From Longimicrobiales bacterium (GTDB lineage Bacteria > Gemmatimonadota > Gemmatimonadetes > Longimicrobiales > Gaopeijiaceae): a stretch of 64,000 bases of DNA. The notes beneath the pieces are model-generated. The model did not search any database. It saw nothing but the letters and a program-made list of their open reading frames with translations, and was not told where the DNA came from. The stretch is from the NCBI GenBank assembly GCA_965116905.1, contig OZ220732.1:1952001-2016000 (forward strand), read 5' to 3'. Shown in pieces: positions 1-10,011 of this stretch. How positions within the stretch are numbered: position 1 is the stretch's first letter; every line of letters starts with the position of its first letter. A program made the position numbers and the translations under genes.

Positions 1-1
1 G

Positions 2-496
2 CGGCACTACAGCAACAGCGGCGAATACGCGCGGGCGCGGCCACTATACCTGAGGGCGCTCGGCCAGAATCGCGACGATGCCGATATCGTGTATGAGACC
101 GCGCTCGCGCACGAGGAAATCGGGGACTGTGAGCGGGCGCTGGTGTACCTTGACGAGTTTCGGGAGCTGGCTCCGCGGCGGGCGGCGGAGGTCAGCTGGC
201 ACGTGGGTTCCTGTTCCTTCCAGCTCTCGAGGGAGTTGGCGGAGGAGGGGGCGCTCGACGAGGCGTTGCGGTACCTGGATGCGATGATCGAGCTGGCCGA
301 GCCCAGACCGCTGTTGGCGCAGGCATACATGGACAAGGGCGAGGTGTTGGTGCAACTCGGCGACTGCCTTTCCGCGCTGGAGGCCTTCCGCGCCGTGGTG
401 GGCGCGGATCCGTCCGGCTCCGGGCCGCTGGTGGGTCAGGCGAGAGCGCGTGTGGACGAGATCCGCTTCGGCGAGAGAGGGGATGCTCCATGCTGA
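2..496 (+). CDS. Tetratricopeptide-repeat protein (5' partial)
   Basis: Frame open from position 2 (RHYSNSGEYARARPLYLRAL...). Repeated TPR-like helices (A..LG.C..AL..F). Overlaps bamD start. Confidence 0.75.
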   Translation, partial: RHYSNSGEYARARPLYLRALGQNRDDADIVYETALAHEEIGDCERALVYLDEFRELAPRRAAEVSWHVGSCSFQLSRELAEEGALDEALRYLDAMIELAEPRPLLAQAYMDKGEVLVQLGDCLSALEAFRAVVGADPSGSGPLVGQARARVDEIRFGERGDAPC

Positions 497-1302
497 CCCG
501 GTCCGTGGCCGCCGGGGCCCTCGTCGGCCTGCTGGGGACGGCTTGCTCTTCGGCGCCGCCCTTTTCGGGATGGACTCCCGAGCAGCTCTATGAACACGGC
601 CAGAGGGCCTTTGACCAGGGAGACTGGGATGAGGCGCGGCGGGCGTTCGAGCGTCTGGTCCTGACGTTCCCCGGGTTCGATCAGGCGGTGGAGGCGCGCC
701 ACTACCTGGCCCTGACCTTCTTTTCCGACGGGGAATACGTGAGTGCGGTGTCGGAGTACACGCGCATCGTGCAGGTATACCCGGATCACGAACGCACCAC
801 CGAAGCCTATATGGGACTGTGCCGTTCCTACGCGGCCATGTCTCCTCATCCACAGCGCGACCAGCAGTACACGATGCAGGCCCGCACGACGTGCCAGAAC
901 GTGGCCAACGACTTCCAGGGCACGGCCGTGGGCGACTCGGCCGCGGCGGTTGCCGGAGCAATGCACGCCAAGCTGGGCGACAAGGCCTACCTGGAGGGCT
1001 ACTTTTACTTCCAGCGTGATATCCTCCCGTCGGCGGAGCTTGTTTTTCTTGACCTGCTGGAAGCCTTTCCGGATACCGATGCAGCCCCGCGCGCGGTGGC
1101 ACGTCTCATCGACATCTACGAGACGTGGGGATGGGGCGAACAGCAGGAGGAATTCAGGAACAGGCTGCGCGAAAGCTATCCCGACTCTCCCGAGGCCAGG
1201 GAACTCGACGCGCCCGCCGCCAGCGACACCGTTTCGACGGTCAGGAGCCGGGCCCCTCCCGGTCCGCATCTCCTGACGAGATGGCCGGACGCCCACGGGT
1301 AG
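490..1302 (+). CDS. bamD: Outer membrane protein assembly factor BamD (lipoprotein)
   Basis: Lipobox LGTAC, TPR helices, RDQQYT motif, 'Y..G.FY..R' and FPDTDAA segment typical of BamD/YfiO. Confidence 0.85.
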   Translation: MLTRSVAAGALVGLLGTACSSAPPFSGWTPEQLYEHGQRAFDQGDWDEARRAFERLVLTFPGFDQAVEARHYLALTFFSDGEYVSAVSEYTRIVQVYPDHERTTEAYMGLCRSYAAMSPHPQRDQQYTMQARTTCQNVANDFQGTAVGDSAAAVAGAMHAKLGDKAYLEGYFYFQRDILPSAELVFLDLLEAFPDTDAAPRAVARLIDIYETWGWGEQQEEFRNRLRESYPDSPEARELDAPAASDTVSTVRSRAPPGPHLLTRWPDAHG

Positions 1303-1946
1303 GGATCTTCGGCGGTACTTTCGACCCGCCTCACAAGGGCCACATCGTCGTGGCCCGGGAGGTTGCGGATGCCTTGGATCTCGAATGCGTTCTCTGGGTC
1401 CCCGCGTCGATCCCGCCGCACAAGATGGACCGGCGCCTGACGCCGGCGGGCGTGCGGCGGCGAATGGTCGAAGCCGCCATCGGTCATGACTCCCGCTTCC
1501 AGCTTTGCGACCTCGAGCTGGAGCGCGGGGGCCTGTCCTATACGGTGGATACGCTGCGGAGCCTGAAGGCTGCAAACCCGGACTGGTCCCTGGTGCTGAT
1601 CGTGGGTGCGGACCTGGTAGCCGGAATGTCCGCCTGGAAGGAGCCGGAAGCGGTCGCGGAGCTGGCCGAGCTGGTGGTGATGTCCAGGGGCGGGAAGGCA
1701 CCCGGTTCGGCCTGCCGGGGGAGAATCGTTCCGGTATCGCGGATCGATGTCTCCTCTTCAAGGGTCCGGGAGCGCGTCAGGAGACGAAGGGCCGTTAGAG
1801 ACATGGTGGGGGCCCACATCATGTCCATTATTGAGAGCGAAGGACTGTACAGACAGCTCGAACGCCCGAGAGTGGGGGCGGACGGGCACGGAATCCAGGA
1901 GGGCCGGGAGTCTTCCGTCGAGGGCGACCCCGGACAAACGGAATGA
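1281..1946 (+). CDS. nadD: Nicotinate-nucleotide adenylyltransferase
   Basis: GIFGGTFDPPHKGH, PPHK, SYTVDTL, VGAD and SSSRVR motifs. ATG at 1281 preferred over the ORF-track start. Confidence 0.93.
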   Translation: MAGRPRVGIFGGTFDPPHKGHIVVAREVADALDLECVLWVPASIPPHKMDRRLTPAGVRRRMVEAAIGHDSRFQLCDLELERGGLSYTVDTLRSLKAANPDWSLVLIVGADLVAGMSAWKEPEAVAELAELVVMSRGGKAPGSACRGRIVPVSRIDVSSSRVRERVRRRRAVRDMVGAHIMSIIESEGLYRQLERPRVGADGHGIQEGRESSVEGDPGQTE

Positions 1947-4900
1947 TCAAAGGCGTAGTCAAGAAGATCGTCGGCTCCCGGCACGGTCGCGAGGTCAGAC
2001 GACTGAGCCCGCTGGTCGATGAGATCAATGGGCACTACGAAGGGCTGGCGGACCTGTCCAGGGACGACCTGACAGCCAGGACCGAGGAGTTCAAGGCGCG
2101 GATTGCCGAGCATACCGCCGGGACGCAGGGCGAGATGGACTCCGCGCGGGAGCGCAAGCGCACGTCGACGGACCCCGACGAGCGCGAGACGCTGGGCCTC
2201 AGGATCGGCAAGCTGGAGGAGGAGTATCAGGCGCAGCTGGCAGAGGTGCTGGAGGAGATTCTGCCGGAGGCGTTTGCCGTCGTGAAGGAGGCCTGCCGCC
2301 GTCTCATGGGGACCGAAGTGCGGGTGACGGGACAGAAGCTCGTCTGGGACATGATCCCGTACGACGTGCAGTTGATCGGGGCCGCGCAGCTTCACAGGGG
2401 CCGCGCGTGCGAGATGGCGACGGGCGAGGGCAAGACGCTCGTCGCGACGATGCCGCTGTACCTGAACGCGCTTGCGGGCCGGGGCGCTCACCTGGTCACG
2501 GTCAACTCGTATCTCGCTCAGCGAGACGCCGAGTGGATGGGGGCGATCTACACGTTCCTCGGGCTGACCGTGGACTGCATCGATCTGCACGAGCCGGGGA
2601 CGCCGGAACGCCGGGCCGCGTACAACGCCGATATCACCTACGGCACCAACAACGAGTTTGGCTTCGACTATCTGCGCGACAATATGGTGCATTCGCTCGA
2701 ACAGCGGGTCCAGCGGGCGCATCACTTCGCGATCATCGACGAGGTGGACTCGATTCTGATCGACGAGGCGAGGACGCCGCTGATCATCTCGGGTCCGGTG
2801 AGCCGCGACACTTCGACGCCCTTCAAGCAGATGGCGCCGACGGTGGGGGCGCTGCATCGGAAGCAGAACCGCAAGGTGAACCGCTTGGTCGCCGATGCGA
2901 TGCGGATGCTGCAGGCGGAAGAGGACGAGTACGTAGCGGGCGAAAAGCTGCTGGCGGCGAAACGCGGCGGGCCGAAGAACAAGCGCCTCATGAAGCTGTT
3001 CGCGGACCAGCCGTCCGTCGTAAAGCTCGTGGAGAAGGTCGAGGGCGACTACATGCGGGAGAAGCGCCTTCACGAGGTGGACGAAATGCTGCTTTTCGCC
3101 ATGGACGAGAAGGGCCACAACGTGCACCTGTCCGACCACGGCCTGGACACGCTTTCTCCGGGGGATCCGGACGCCTTCGTGGTGCCCGACCTCTCCGAGG
3201 TCATCGGCGACATCCAGGACGACGAAGCCCTCACGGTGGATGCCAAACGGGAGAGGATCGCAGAACTGGAGACCGAGTACGCCGACAAGTCACAGCGAAT
3301 CCACGTCATCCATCAGCTGCTCAAGGCGTATACGCTCTTCCACAAGGACGAACGCTACATCATCGGCGACAACGGTGCGATCGTGATTGTCGACGAATTC
3401 ACGGGCCGCCAGATGCCCGGGCGACGCTGGAGCGACGGGCTCCACCAGGCGGTGGAAGCGAAGGAGGGCGTGGAGATCCGGGGGGAGACGCAGACGCTCG
3501 CCACGATCACCATCCAGAACTACTTCCGCATGTACGAAAAGCTCGCCGGGATGACGGGCACCGCGGAGACCGAGGAGACCGAGTTCCACCAGATCTACAA
3601 CCTCGACGTCTCCGTCATTCCGACGAACAGGCCCGTGGCGCGGGATGACCGCGAGGACCTGATGTTCCGCACCAAGCGCGAGAAGTACACGGCCATCATG
3701 GACGAGATCGAGCGCTTGAACCGCCTCGAGCTTCCGGTCCTGGTGGGGACGACGAACGTCGAGGTGTCGGAGACGCTGTCGCGCATGTTGCGCCGGCGGC
3801 GGATCACGCACAACGTCCTCAACGCAAAGCAGCACAAGCGGGAATCGGAGATCGTGGCCGAGGCCGGGCAGCCTGGGGCGGTAACGATCGCGACCAACAT
3901 GGCGGGGCGAGGCACGGACATCAAGCTGGGAGCCGGCGTGACCGATCCACGGACCGTCGGCTGGGCCAGGGAGCACGGACTCGACCTGGATTCGGTCGTG
4001 TCGACCGACCCGACGCGCTACGAGGAGCTTGACGATGCCGCGCCGGCCGATCACGTGATTGAAGAGGGTGGGCTCCATATTCTCGGCTCGGAGCGCCACG
4101 AGGCGCGCCGGATCGACCGTCAGCTGCGCGGCCGGGCCGGGCGTCAGGGGGATCCGGGCGCTTCACAGTTCTTCCTGTCCCTGGAAGACGACCTGATGCG
4201 TCTGTTCGGCGGGATGGAGCGGATCGCGGCGGCCATGGACAGGATGGGCGCGGAAGAGGGGGAGGTGATCACCCACCGCCTGGTCACGCGTTCCATCGGC
4301 AGGGCGCAGAAGCGCGTCGAGGGCAACAACTTCGAGGCGCGCAAGCGGTTGCTGGACTACGACGACGTCATGAACCAGCAGCGCGAGGTCATCTACGACC
4401 TCAGGCTCTTTGCGCTCGATGGCGGCGAAGACCTGAAGGCCGAGCTGTGGGACATGGTGCACCACACCATGGAAGCGGTGTTCGACGACCACCTGCCCGA
4501 TTCTGAACTCGAACAGGGTATCGAAGTCGGTGGCCTGCGGCAGAGGATGCTCCTCGATCTCCACACGGTGCTCCCGCAGGTGGACAATGAGGACGACCCC
4601 GAGGAGGTCGACCGCGAAGAGGTGATCGCGCTGGCGGAGTCGTCGGTCCGGGAGGCCTTCGACCGGAAGATCGAGTCGTTCGGTGAACACGGCGAGCGCG
4701 TCATGAGTTTCGTCATGCTGTCCACCATCGACGGCAAATGGAAGGACCACCTGTACGATCTCGATCACCTGAAGGCGTCGATCGGCTTCCGCGGCTGGGG
4801 TCAGAAGGATCCCCTCGTCGAGTACAAGAAGGAAGCCTACGAGATGTTCGTGGGGCTCATGGACGACATCCGCCGCACGGTCACCCAGCAGTTCTTCCGC

Positions 4901-5284
4901 GTTCGGCTTGAGCGGTCTCCGGCGATGCGCTTCCAGCGTCAGCGCCGACTGTCCTATTCGGGCCCCGAAGACTCGCCCGGAGCCGGGCTGCGCGCGCCCG
5001 GGCGCCCCGGTGTCGGACGGGCGTCGCCGGCGGCCCGCTCGGCGCGGGCGGGAAGTCCCGGCCGGGCAGCGGTGGATTCGATGGGCATGGCGGCGAGCGC
5101 GCACCGGGGAGCGGTGTCGCCGTCGCAGGCGGGTGGTCCCGACGTCGGCAGGCTGGCCACCAACCGCGGCGAGGCGAAGGCCAAGGTGCCGGTAACGGTT
5201 ACCAAGGCTCCGGGGCGCAACGAGCCCTGTCCCTGCGGAAGCGGACGGAAATACAAGAAGTGCTGCTACCGTCAGGCGGGATAG
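1943..5284 (+). CDS. secA: Preprotein translocase ATPase SecA (long form with C-terminal SEC-C motif)
   Basis: EMATGEGKT, DEVDSILIDEARTPLIISG, TNMAGRGTDI, QLRGRAGRQGDPG and GRNEPCPCGSGRKYKKCC. Confidence 0.99.
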   Translation: MIKGVVKKIVGSRHGREVRRLSPLVDEINGHYEGLADLSRDDLTARTEEFKARIAEHTAGTQGEMDSARERKRTSTDPDERETLGLRIGKLEEEYQAQLAEVLEEILPEAFAVVKEACRRLMGTEVRVTGQKLVWDMIPYDVQLIGAAQLHRGRACEMATGEGKTLVATMPLYLNALAGRGAHLVTVNSYLAQRDAEWMGAIYTFLGLTVDCIDLHEPGTPERRAAYNADITYGTNNEFGFDYLRDNMVHSLEQRVQRAHHFAIIDEVDSILIDEARTPLIISGPVSRDTSTPFKQMAPTVGALHRKQNRKVNRLVADAMRMLQAEEDEYVAGEKLLAAKRGGPKNKRLMKLFADQPSVVKLVEKVEGDYMREKRLHEVDEMLLFAMDEKGHNVHLSDHGLDTLSPGDPDAFVVPDLSEVIGDIQDDEALTVDAKRERIAELETEYADKSQRIHVIHQLLKAYTLFHKDERYIIGDNGAIVIVDEFTGRQMPGRRWSDGLHQAVEAKEGVEIRGETQTLATITIQNYFRMYEKLAGMTGTAETEETEFHQIYNLDVSVIPTNRPVARDDREDLMFRTKREKYTAIMDEIERLNRLELPVLVGTTNVEVSETLSRMLRRRRITHNVLNAKQHKRESEIVAEAGQPGAVTIATNMAGRGTDIKLGAGVTDPRTVGWAREHGLDLDSVVSTDPTRYEELDDAAPADHVIEEGGLHILGSERHEARRIDRQLRGRAGRQGDPGASQFFLSLEDDLMRLFGGMERIAAAMDRMGAEEGEVITHRLVTRSIGRAQKRVEGNNFEARKRLLDYDDVMNQQREVIYDLRLFALDGGEDLKAELWDMVHHTMEAVFDDHLPDSELEQGIEVGGLRQRMLLDLHTVLPQVDNEDDPEEVDREEVIALAESSVREAFDRKIESFGEHGERVMSFVMLSTIDGKWKDHLYDLDHLKASIGFRGWGQKDPLVEYKKEAYEMFVGLMDDIRRTVTQQFFRVRLERSPAMRFQRQRRLSYSGPEDSPGAGLRAPGRPGVGRASPAARSARAGSPGRAAVDSMGMAASAHRGAVSPSQAGGPDVGRLATNRGEAKAKVPVTVTKAPGRNEPCPCGSGRKYKKCCYRQAG

Positions 5285-5964
5285 CGGCCACTCCGCCCCC
5301 GGAGACGCGGCCACGTGAGCGGCTTCAGCGCCACGGGCCCGGCCCCCTCTCCGAGCAGGAGCTTCTCGCGCTGGTGATCGGTTCCGGAAGCGCGGCGATG
5401 CCCGCACACCGTCTGGCCGAGCGGGTACTCGACCTGTCCGGGGGACGGCTTCGGGACCTGGCTCGGGTCGACCCGGGCATTCTGGTCGGCATCCCGGGAA
5501 TCGGCCCGGCCATGGCCGCGAGGATCGTCGCGGCCATCGAACTGGGCAAACGCGTGGGGTCCGCCCGCTCCCGTCACGAGGATCCCATATCGGGGCCTGG
5601 AGATGTGCACGACATCTTTGCGCCCGCTCTGGCCCACCTCGCGCACGAGGAATTCCACGTTCTGCTGCTCAACGCCCAGAACATCGCGATCTGCCAGCGG
5701 CAGGTCACGCGGGGCATTCTCGACGCGTCCCTCATCCATCCCCGCGAGGTCTTCCGCGATGCGATCGTTCTCAGGGCGGCGGGCCTGATCCTGGTGCACA
5801 ACCATCCGTCGGGGAATCCGGAGCCTTCCGCAGAGGACCTCAAGGTGACACGGCAGCTGAGCGTTGCGGGAGACCAACTGGGCATCCCGGTCCTGGACCA
5901 CATTATCGTGGCGGGAGGGACGTTTTCGTCGCTTGCGGGGCGGGGCTGTCTGCGGGGACCTTGA
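5260..5964 (+). CDS. radC: RadC/JAB-domain protein (start uncertain)
   Basis: RPRERL..G...LS..ELLA, HhH GIGPA, HPREVF, HNHPSGNPEPSAED and LDHII. Confidence 0.92.
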   Translation: MLLPSGGIAATPPPETRPRERLQRHGPGPLSEQELLALVIGSGSAAMPAHRLAERVLDLSGGRLRDLARVDPGILVGIPGIGPAMAARIVAAIELGKRVGSARSRHEDPISGPGDVHDIFAPALAHLAHEEFHVLLLNAQNIAICQRQVTRGILDASLIHPREVFRDAIVLRAAGLILVHNHPSGNPEPSAEDLKVTRQLSVAGDQLGIPVLDHIIVAGGTFSSLAGRGCLRGP

Positions 5965-6001
5965 AGGGGGTTCCGATAACGATCCGATCCGGAGGGGTGC
6001 A

Positions 6002-7909
6002 TTGAACGGGACCAACCCGGCGCGGCGGGAGCGCATCCCCGTTCGCGTCATGAAGGATCATGACGCTATCGCGGCCGAGGTGGCCGGGCGCATCTCGGCG
6101 CTCATGCGGCAGCGTGCCAAGGAGGGCCGCGATGTCGTGCTCGGGCTCGCGACGGGCTCGACGCCCGTGGGCGTCTACCGCGAACTGATTCGGCTGCACC
6201 GCGACGAAGGGCTCGACTTCTCCAACGTCGTCACCTTCAACCTCGACGAGTACTACCCGATGCAGCCTGGCAGCATCCACAGCTACCATCGCTACATGCG
6301 GGAGAACCTCTTCGAGCACGTCAACATCTGTCCCGATCGCTGCCACATACCCCGTGGTGACCTGGCCGGAAAGGAGGTGGAGGCTCACTGTCGCGACTTC
6401 GAGCGCCGCATTCGGGCTGCCGGAGGCATCGACCTGCAGATTCTGGGCATCGGTCGCACAGGTCACATCGGCTTCAACGAACCCGGGTCGGCCCGCCGTT
6501 CGCGCACGCGGCAACTCTACCTCGACACGGTCACGCGGGCCGACGCCGCGGCCGATTTCTTCGGCGAGGAAAACGTGCCGCCGCAGGCGATCACCATGGG
6601 GGTTGCGACCATTCTGGAGGCCCGCGAAGTCGTGCTGCTGGCTACTGGCGAACACAAGGCCGCGATCGTGCGTCGCGCCGTCGAGGGCGAGGTTCATGCC
6701 GATGTGGCCGCTACGTTCCTGCAGCAGCACCCGGCCTCGACCGTCTATCTGGATCCCGCGGCGGCTGCGGATCTCACACGGATCCGCACGCCCTGGCTGG
6801 TCGGAGATGTTGAATGGACGCCCCACTGGGAGACCGAGGCGGTGGTCTGGCTCAGCCAGCGCACCGGCAAGCCCATCCTCCACCTGGCCACCGACGACTA
6901 CCGGGAGCACCACCTCGGGTCGCTGGTGTCGCGATATGGGTCGGCCGAGCCGCTCAACGGGGAGGTCTTCAATACCCTGATCGCCAAGATCCGCGGCAAG
7001 AGTCGACTGCCGCGCGGCCAGAGGATGCTGGTTTTCTCGCCGCACCCCGACGACGACGTGATCTCGATGGGAGGGCTGCTGCGGAAGCTCACGGAGAACG
7101 GCAACCACGTTACCGTCGCCTACCAGACGTCGGGGAACATCGCCGTCTTCGACCACGAGGTGCGGCGCTACCTGGACTTCATGCGCAGGACGGCCAGGGT
7201 GATCGACCTTGGGGACAGGGAAGTCCTGGAGGACGTCTTGAGGTCCGTGGAGGAGGATCTTGCCGGGAAGGAGCCCGGTGACGTCGATTCCGCCGTCGTG
7301 CAGGATCTGAAACGGATCATCCGCGAGAGCGAGGCGTCGGCGGGCATTGCCGAACTGGGCCTGTCCACCGATCACGCGCGCTTCCTCAACATGCCGTTCT
7401 ACCAGACGGGGGAGGTCAGGAAGGATCCGATCTCGGAGGCCGACGTGCAGATCGTCGTCGGCCTGCTGGAGGAAGTGCGTCCGACGATGGTGTTCGCCGC
7501 GGGCGACCTGTCCGACCCGCACGGAACCCACCGCATGTGCCTGGAGGCGGTCGAGCGTGCACTCGCGCGCTACGGCGGCGACCCGCCCTGGCTCTGGCTG
7601 TATCGCGGCGCCTGGCAGGAGTGGAGCGTGAACGAGGCGACGGTGCTCGTACCGCTTTCGGACGGCGAGATGCGCGCCAAGGTGCAGGCGATCTTCCGGC
7701 ACGAGTCGCAGAAGGATTCGGCTCCCTTCCCCGGTCCGGACGACCGCGAGTTCTGGCAGCGTGTGGTCGACCGCAACCGGGGGACGGCGGACCTGCTTCA
7801 GTCACTGGGACTGCCCGCGTATCGTGCCATGGAGGCGTACGTGACGTTGCGGGCGGGGTGCCGGGTGGAGGCGCAGGAGATTCCGACATCGTCGCTGGCG
7901 GAGAAGTAG
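6002..7909 (+). CDS. nagB: Glucosamine-6-phosphate deaminase fused to a PIG-L-like deacetylase domain
   Basis: LGLATGSTP, FNLDEYYP and GIGRTGHIGFNEPGS, then C-terminal SPHPDDDVISMGG and DPHGTH. TTG start at 6002 is an estimate. Confidence 0.93.
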   Translation: MNGTNPARRERIPVRVMKDHDAIAAEVAGRISALMRQRAKEGRDVVLGLATGSTPVGVYRELIRLHRDEGLDFSNVVTFNLDEYYPMQPGSIHSYHRYMRENLFEHVNICPDRCHIPRGDLAGKEVEAHCRDFERRIRAAGGIDLQILGIGRTGHIGFNEPGSARRSRTRQLYLDTVTRADAAADFFGEENVPPQAITMGVATILEAREVVLLATGEHKAAIVRRAVEGEVHADVAATFLQQHPASTVYLDPAAAADLTRIRTPWLVGDVEWTPHWETEAVVWLSQRTGKPILHLATDDYREHHLGSLVSRYGSAEPLNGEVFNTLIAKIRGKSRLPRGQRMLVFSPHPDDDVISMGGLLRKLTENGNHVTVAYQTSGNIAVFDHEVRRYLDFMRRTARVIDLGDREVLEDVLRSVEEDLAGKEPGDVDSAVVQDLKRIIRESEASAGIAELGLSTDHARFLNMPFYQTGEVRKDPISEADVQIVVGLLEEVRPTMVFAAGDLSDPHGTHRMCLEAVERALARYGGDPPWLWLYRGAWQEWSVNEATVLVPLSDGEMRAKVQAIFRHESQKDSAPFPGPDDREFWQRVVDRNRGTADLLQSLGLPAYRAMEAYVTLRAGCRVEAQEIPTSSLAEK

Positions 7910-7978
7910 TGGCAGCCCCTGTGCGGTCCCTCTGCTAGATTTCGGTTCCCCACACAGGCCGCGAGGAGAAGCCCAACG

Positions 7979-8143
7979 ATGTCAGAGTGTCCCGTATGTG
8001 CCGGAGAAGTCGAGATCTCTCCCGACCCCGTGGAAGGAGAGTTGCTGGAATGCGACGAGTGCGGCGTCGAACTCGAGATTCTGGCCCTGAAACCCCTAAC
8101 GCTCGGGGAGGCTCCCGAAGCGGAAGAGGATTGGGGGGAATGA
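7979..8143 (+). CDS. lysW: Amino-group carrier protein LysW (54 aa, absent from the ORF track)
   Basis: Manual translation: [54 protein letters not shown]. Two CxxC zinc-ribbon motifs and the diagnostic C-terminal EDWGE. GAGGAG RBS upstream; stop overlaps lysX ATG (ATGA). Confidence 0.97.
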   Translation: MSECPVCAGEVEISPDPVEGELLECDECGVELEILALKPLTLGEAPEAEEDWGE

Positions 8144-8985
8144 GGGTAGGCTTCCTTCATTCCCTGATCCGGAAGGACGAGAAGCTCCTGATCGCGGAAC
8201 TCCGGAAGCGGGACGACATGGAGCTGGTCTTCCTGGACGACCGCAAACTCGTCCTGGACCTTGGGCACGCCCCCGAAGTCGACATCGTGCTGGAGCGGTC
8301 GATCAACCATTCGCGAGCCATGCACGCGTTGCGCCTCTTCGAGGGCGCGGGCACGCGGTGCGTCAACACCTATGAAGTCGCGCGCCGGTGCGGGGACAAG
8401 ATCCTCACCGCCGTGTCGCTGCAGGAGAGCGGGGTGCCTCAGCCCGAGGTGCGCGTCGCGTTTACGCCCGAGTCGGCGCTGGTGGCGATCGAGGAGCTGG
8501 GCTACCCGGCCGTGCTCAAGCCGGCGGTCGGTTCGTGGGGCCGCCTGCTGTCGAAGATCAACGACCGGGACGCGGCGGAGACCGTGCTCGAGCACAAGTC
8601 CATCCTGGGCAGCTACCACCATTCGATCTTCTTCGTGCAGGAGTACGTGGAGAAGAACGGCCGCGACATCCGCGCATTCGTGGTCGGCGACCAGTGCGTC
8701 GCGGCGATCTACCGCTCGTCCGAGCACTGGATCACCAACACCGCCCGGGGCGCCCGCGCCACCAACTGCCCCGTGACCGTCCCCCTCGCCGAGATGGCCC
8801 TGCGCGCTGCGGACGCGGTCGGCGGCGGGGTCCTTGCGGTCGACCTCTTCGAGACCGCGGACGGCCTCCTGGTCAACGAGGTCAACTACACGATGGAGTT
8901 CCGCAACAGCGTCGACGTCACGGGGGTGAACATCCCCGAGCGCGTCGTGTCCTACGTGGCGGCGGCCGGATCGTCCCGCCCATGA
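8140..8985 (+). CDS. lysX: [LysW]-aminoadipate/glutamate ligase LysX (RimK-type ATP-grasp)
   Basis: [36 protein letters not shown] and [12 protein letters not shown]. Follows lysW. Confidence 0.95.
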   Translation: MRVGFLHSLIRKDEKLLIAELRKRDDMELVFLDDRKLVLDLGHAPEVDIVLERSINHSRAMHALRLFEGAGTRCVNTYEVARRCGDKILTAVSLQESGVPQPEVRVAFTPESALVAIEELGYPAVLKPAVGSWGRLLSKINDRDAAETVLEHKSILGSYHHSIFFVQEYVEKNGRDIRAFVVGDQCVAAIYRSSEHWITNTARGARATNCPVTVPLAEMALRAADAVGGGVLAVDLFETADGLLVNEVNYTMEFRNSVDVTGVNIPERVVSYVAAAGSSRP

Positions 8986-10004
8986 TCCGGGTCGCGATCG
9001 CGGGGGGCTCCGGCTATGCCGGCGGCGAGCTGTTACGGCTGCTCACTGCGCACCCCGATGCGGACGTCGTCCAGATCACGTCGGAACGACTGGCCGGCAA
9101 GCTCGCGCACCGTGCCCACCCCAATCTGCGCGGCAACACGCGGCTCCGCTTCCGCACCCTCGGCGAACTGAACGAGTGCGACGTCCTCTTTTCCTGCCTG
9201 CCGCACGGCGAGTCCGCGCGTCGTATCGACGACTTCCGCCGCATCGCTCCCCGCGTGATCGACCTCGGCGCCGACTTCCGCCTGGGCGATGCCACCGAAT
9301 ACGAGCGCTTTTACGGGAGCCAGCACCCCCGCCCCGACCTGCTTGGCCGATTCGTCTACGGGATCGCGGAACTGAACCGGGACGCACTCGCCCATGCCGA
9401 CCTGGTGGCGTGCGCCGGTTGCAACGCGACGGCCGCGATCCTCGCGCTTCGTCCCTTGTACCTGGAGGGAGTGGCGGACTCGGCGGTGGTCGAGGTGAAG
9501 GTCGGCTCGAGCGAGGCCGGCAACCGCCCGACGCCCGGGAGCCACCATCCCGAGCGGAGCGGCGCCATGCGCTCGTACAAGCCCACCGGGCATCGCCACC
9601 TGGCCGAGATTCGCGCCGCGCTAGGGGGAGACATTCACTTTTCGGCGACCGCGGTCGAGATGGTGCGGGGTGTCCTCGCCACCTGTCACGCATTCGTGAA
9701 CCGCGACCTCGACGACAAGGCGCTGTGGCGGATCTATCGGAAGGCCTACGCCTCCGAACCCTTCGTCCGAATCGTCAAGGAACGCGCCGGGATCCATCGG
9801 TACCCGGACCCCAGTCTGCTTGCGGGCTCGAACTACTGCGATGTCGGATTCGAGCGCGATCCGCTGGCCGGACGCGTCGTGGTGGTGAGCGCGATCGACA
9901 ACCTCATGAAGGGAGCGGCCGGGCAGGCGGTGCAGGCCTTCAACGTGATGCATGGTCTTCCCGAGACCCGTGGGCTGGAGTTCCCCGGCCTGCACCCGGC
10001 CTGA
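8982..10004 (+). CDS. lysY: [LysW]-aminoadipyl-phosphate reductase LysY (ArgC family)
   Basis: [23 protein letters not shown] catalytic Cys, SHHPERSG and [14 protein letters not shown]. Confidence 0.93.
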   Translation: MIRVAIAGGSGYAGGELLRLLTAHPDADVVQITSERLAGKLAHRAHPNLRGNTRLRFRTLGELNECDVLFSCLPHGESARRIDDFRRIAPRVIDLGADFRLGDATEYERFYGSQHPRPDLLGRFVYGIAELNRDALAHADLVACAGCNATAAILALRPLYLEGVADSAVVEVKVGSSEAGNRPTPGSHHPERSGAMRSYKPTGHRHLAEIRAALGGDIHFSATAVEMVRGVLATCHAFVNRDLDDKALWRIYRKAYASEPFVRIVKERAGIHRYPDPSLLAGSNYCDVGFERDPLAGRVVVVSAIDNLMKGAAGQAVQAFNVMHGLPETRGLEFPGLHPA

Positions 10005-10011
10005 CCGGCCG

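Noticed and set aside
5260..5964. radC as a mobile-element or anti-defence marker
   Set aside because: Full-length HhH+JAB form in a housekeeping context next to secA.
6002..7909. NagB fused to a PIG-L-like domain as a novelty
   Set aside because: This long NagB architecture is already known in several phyla.
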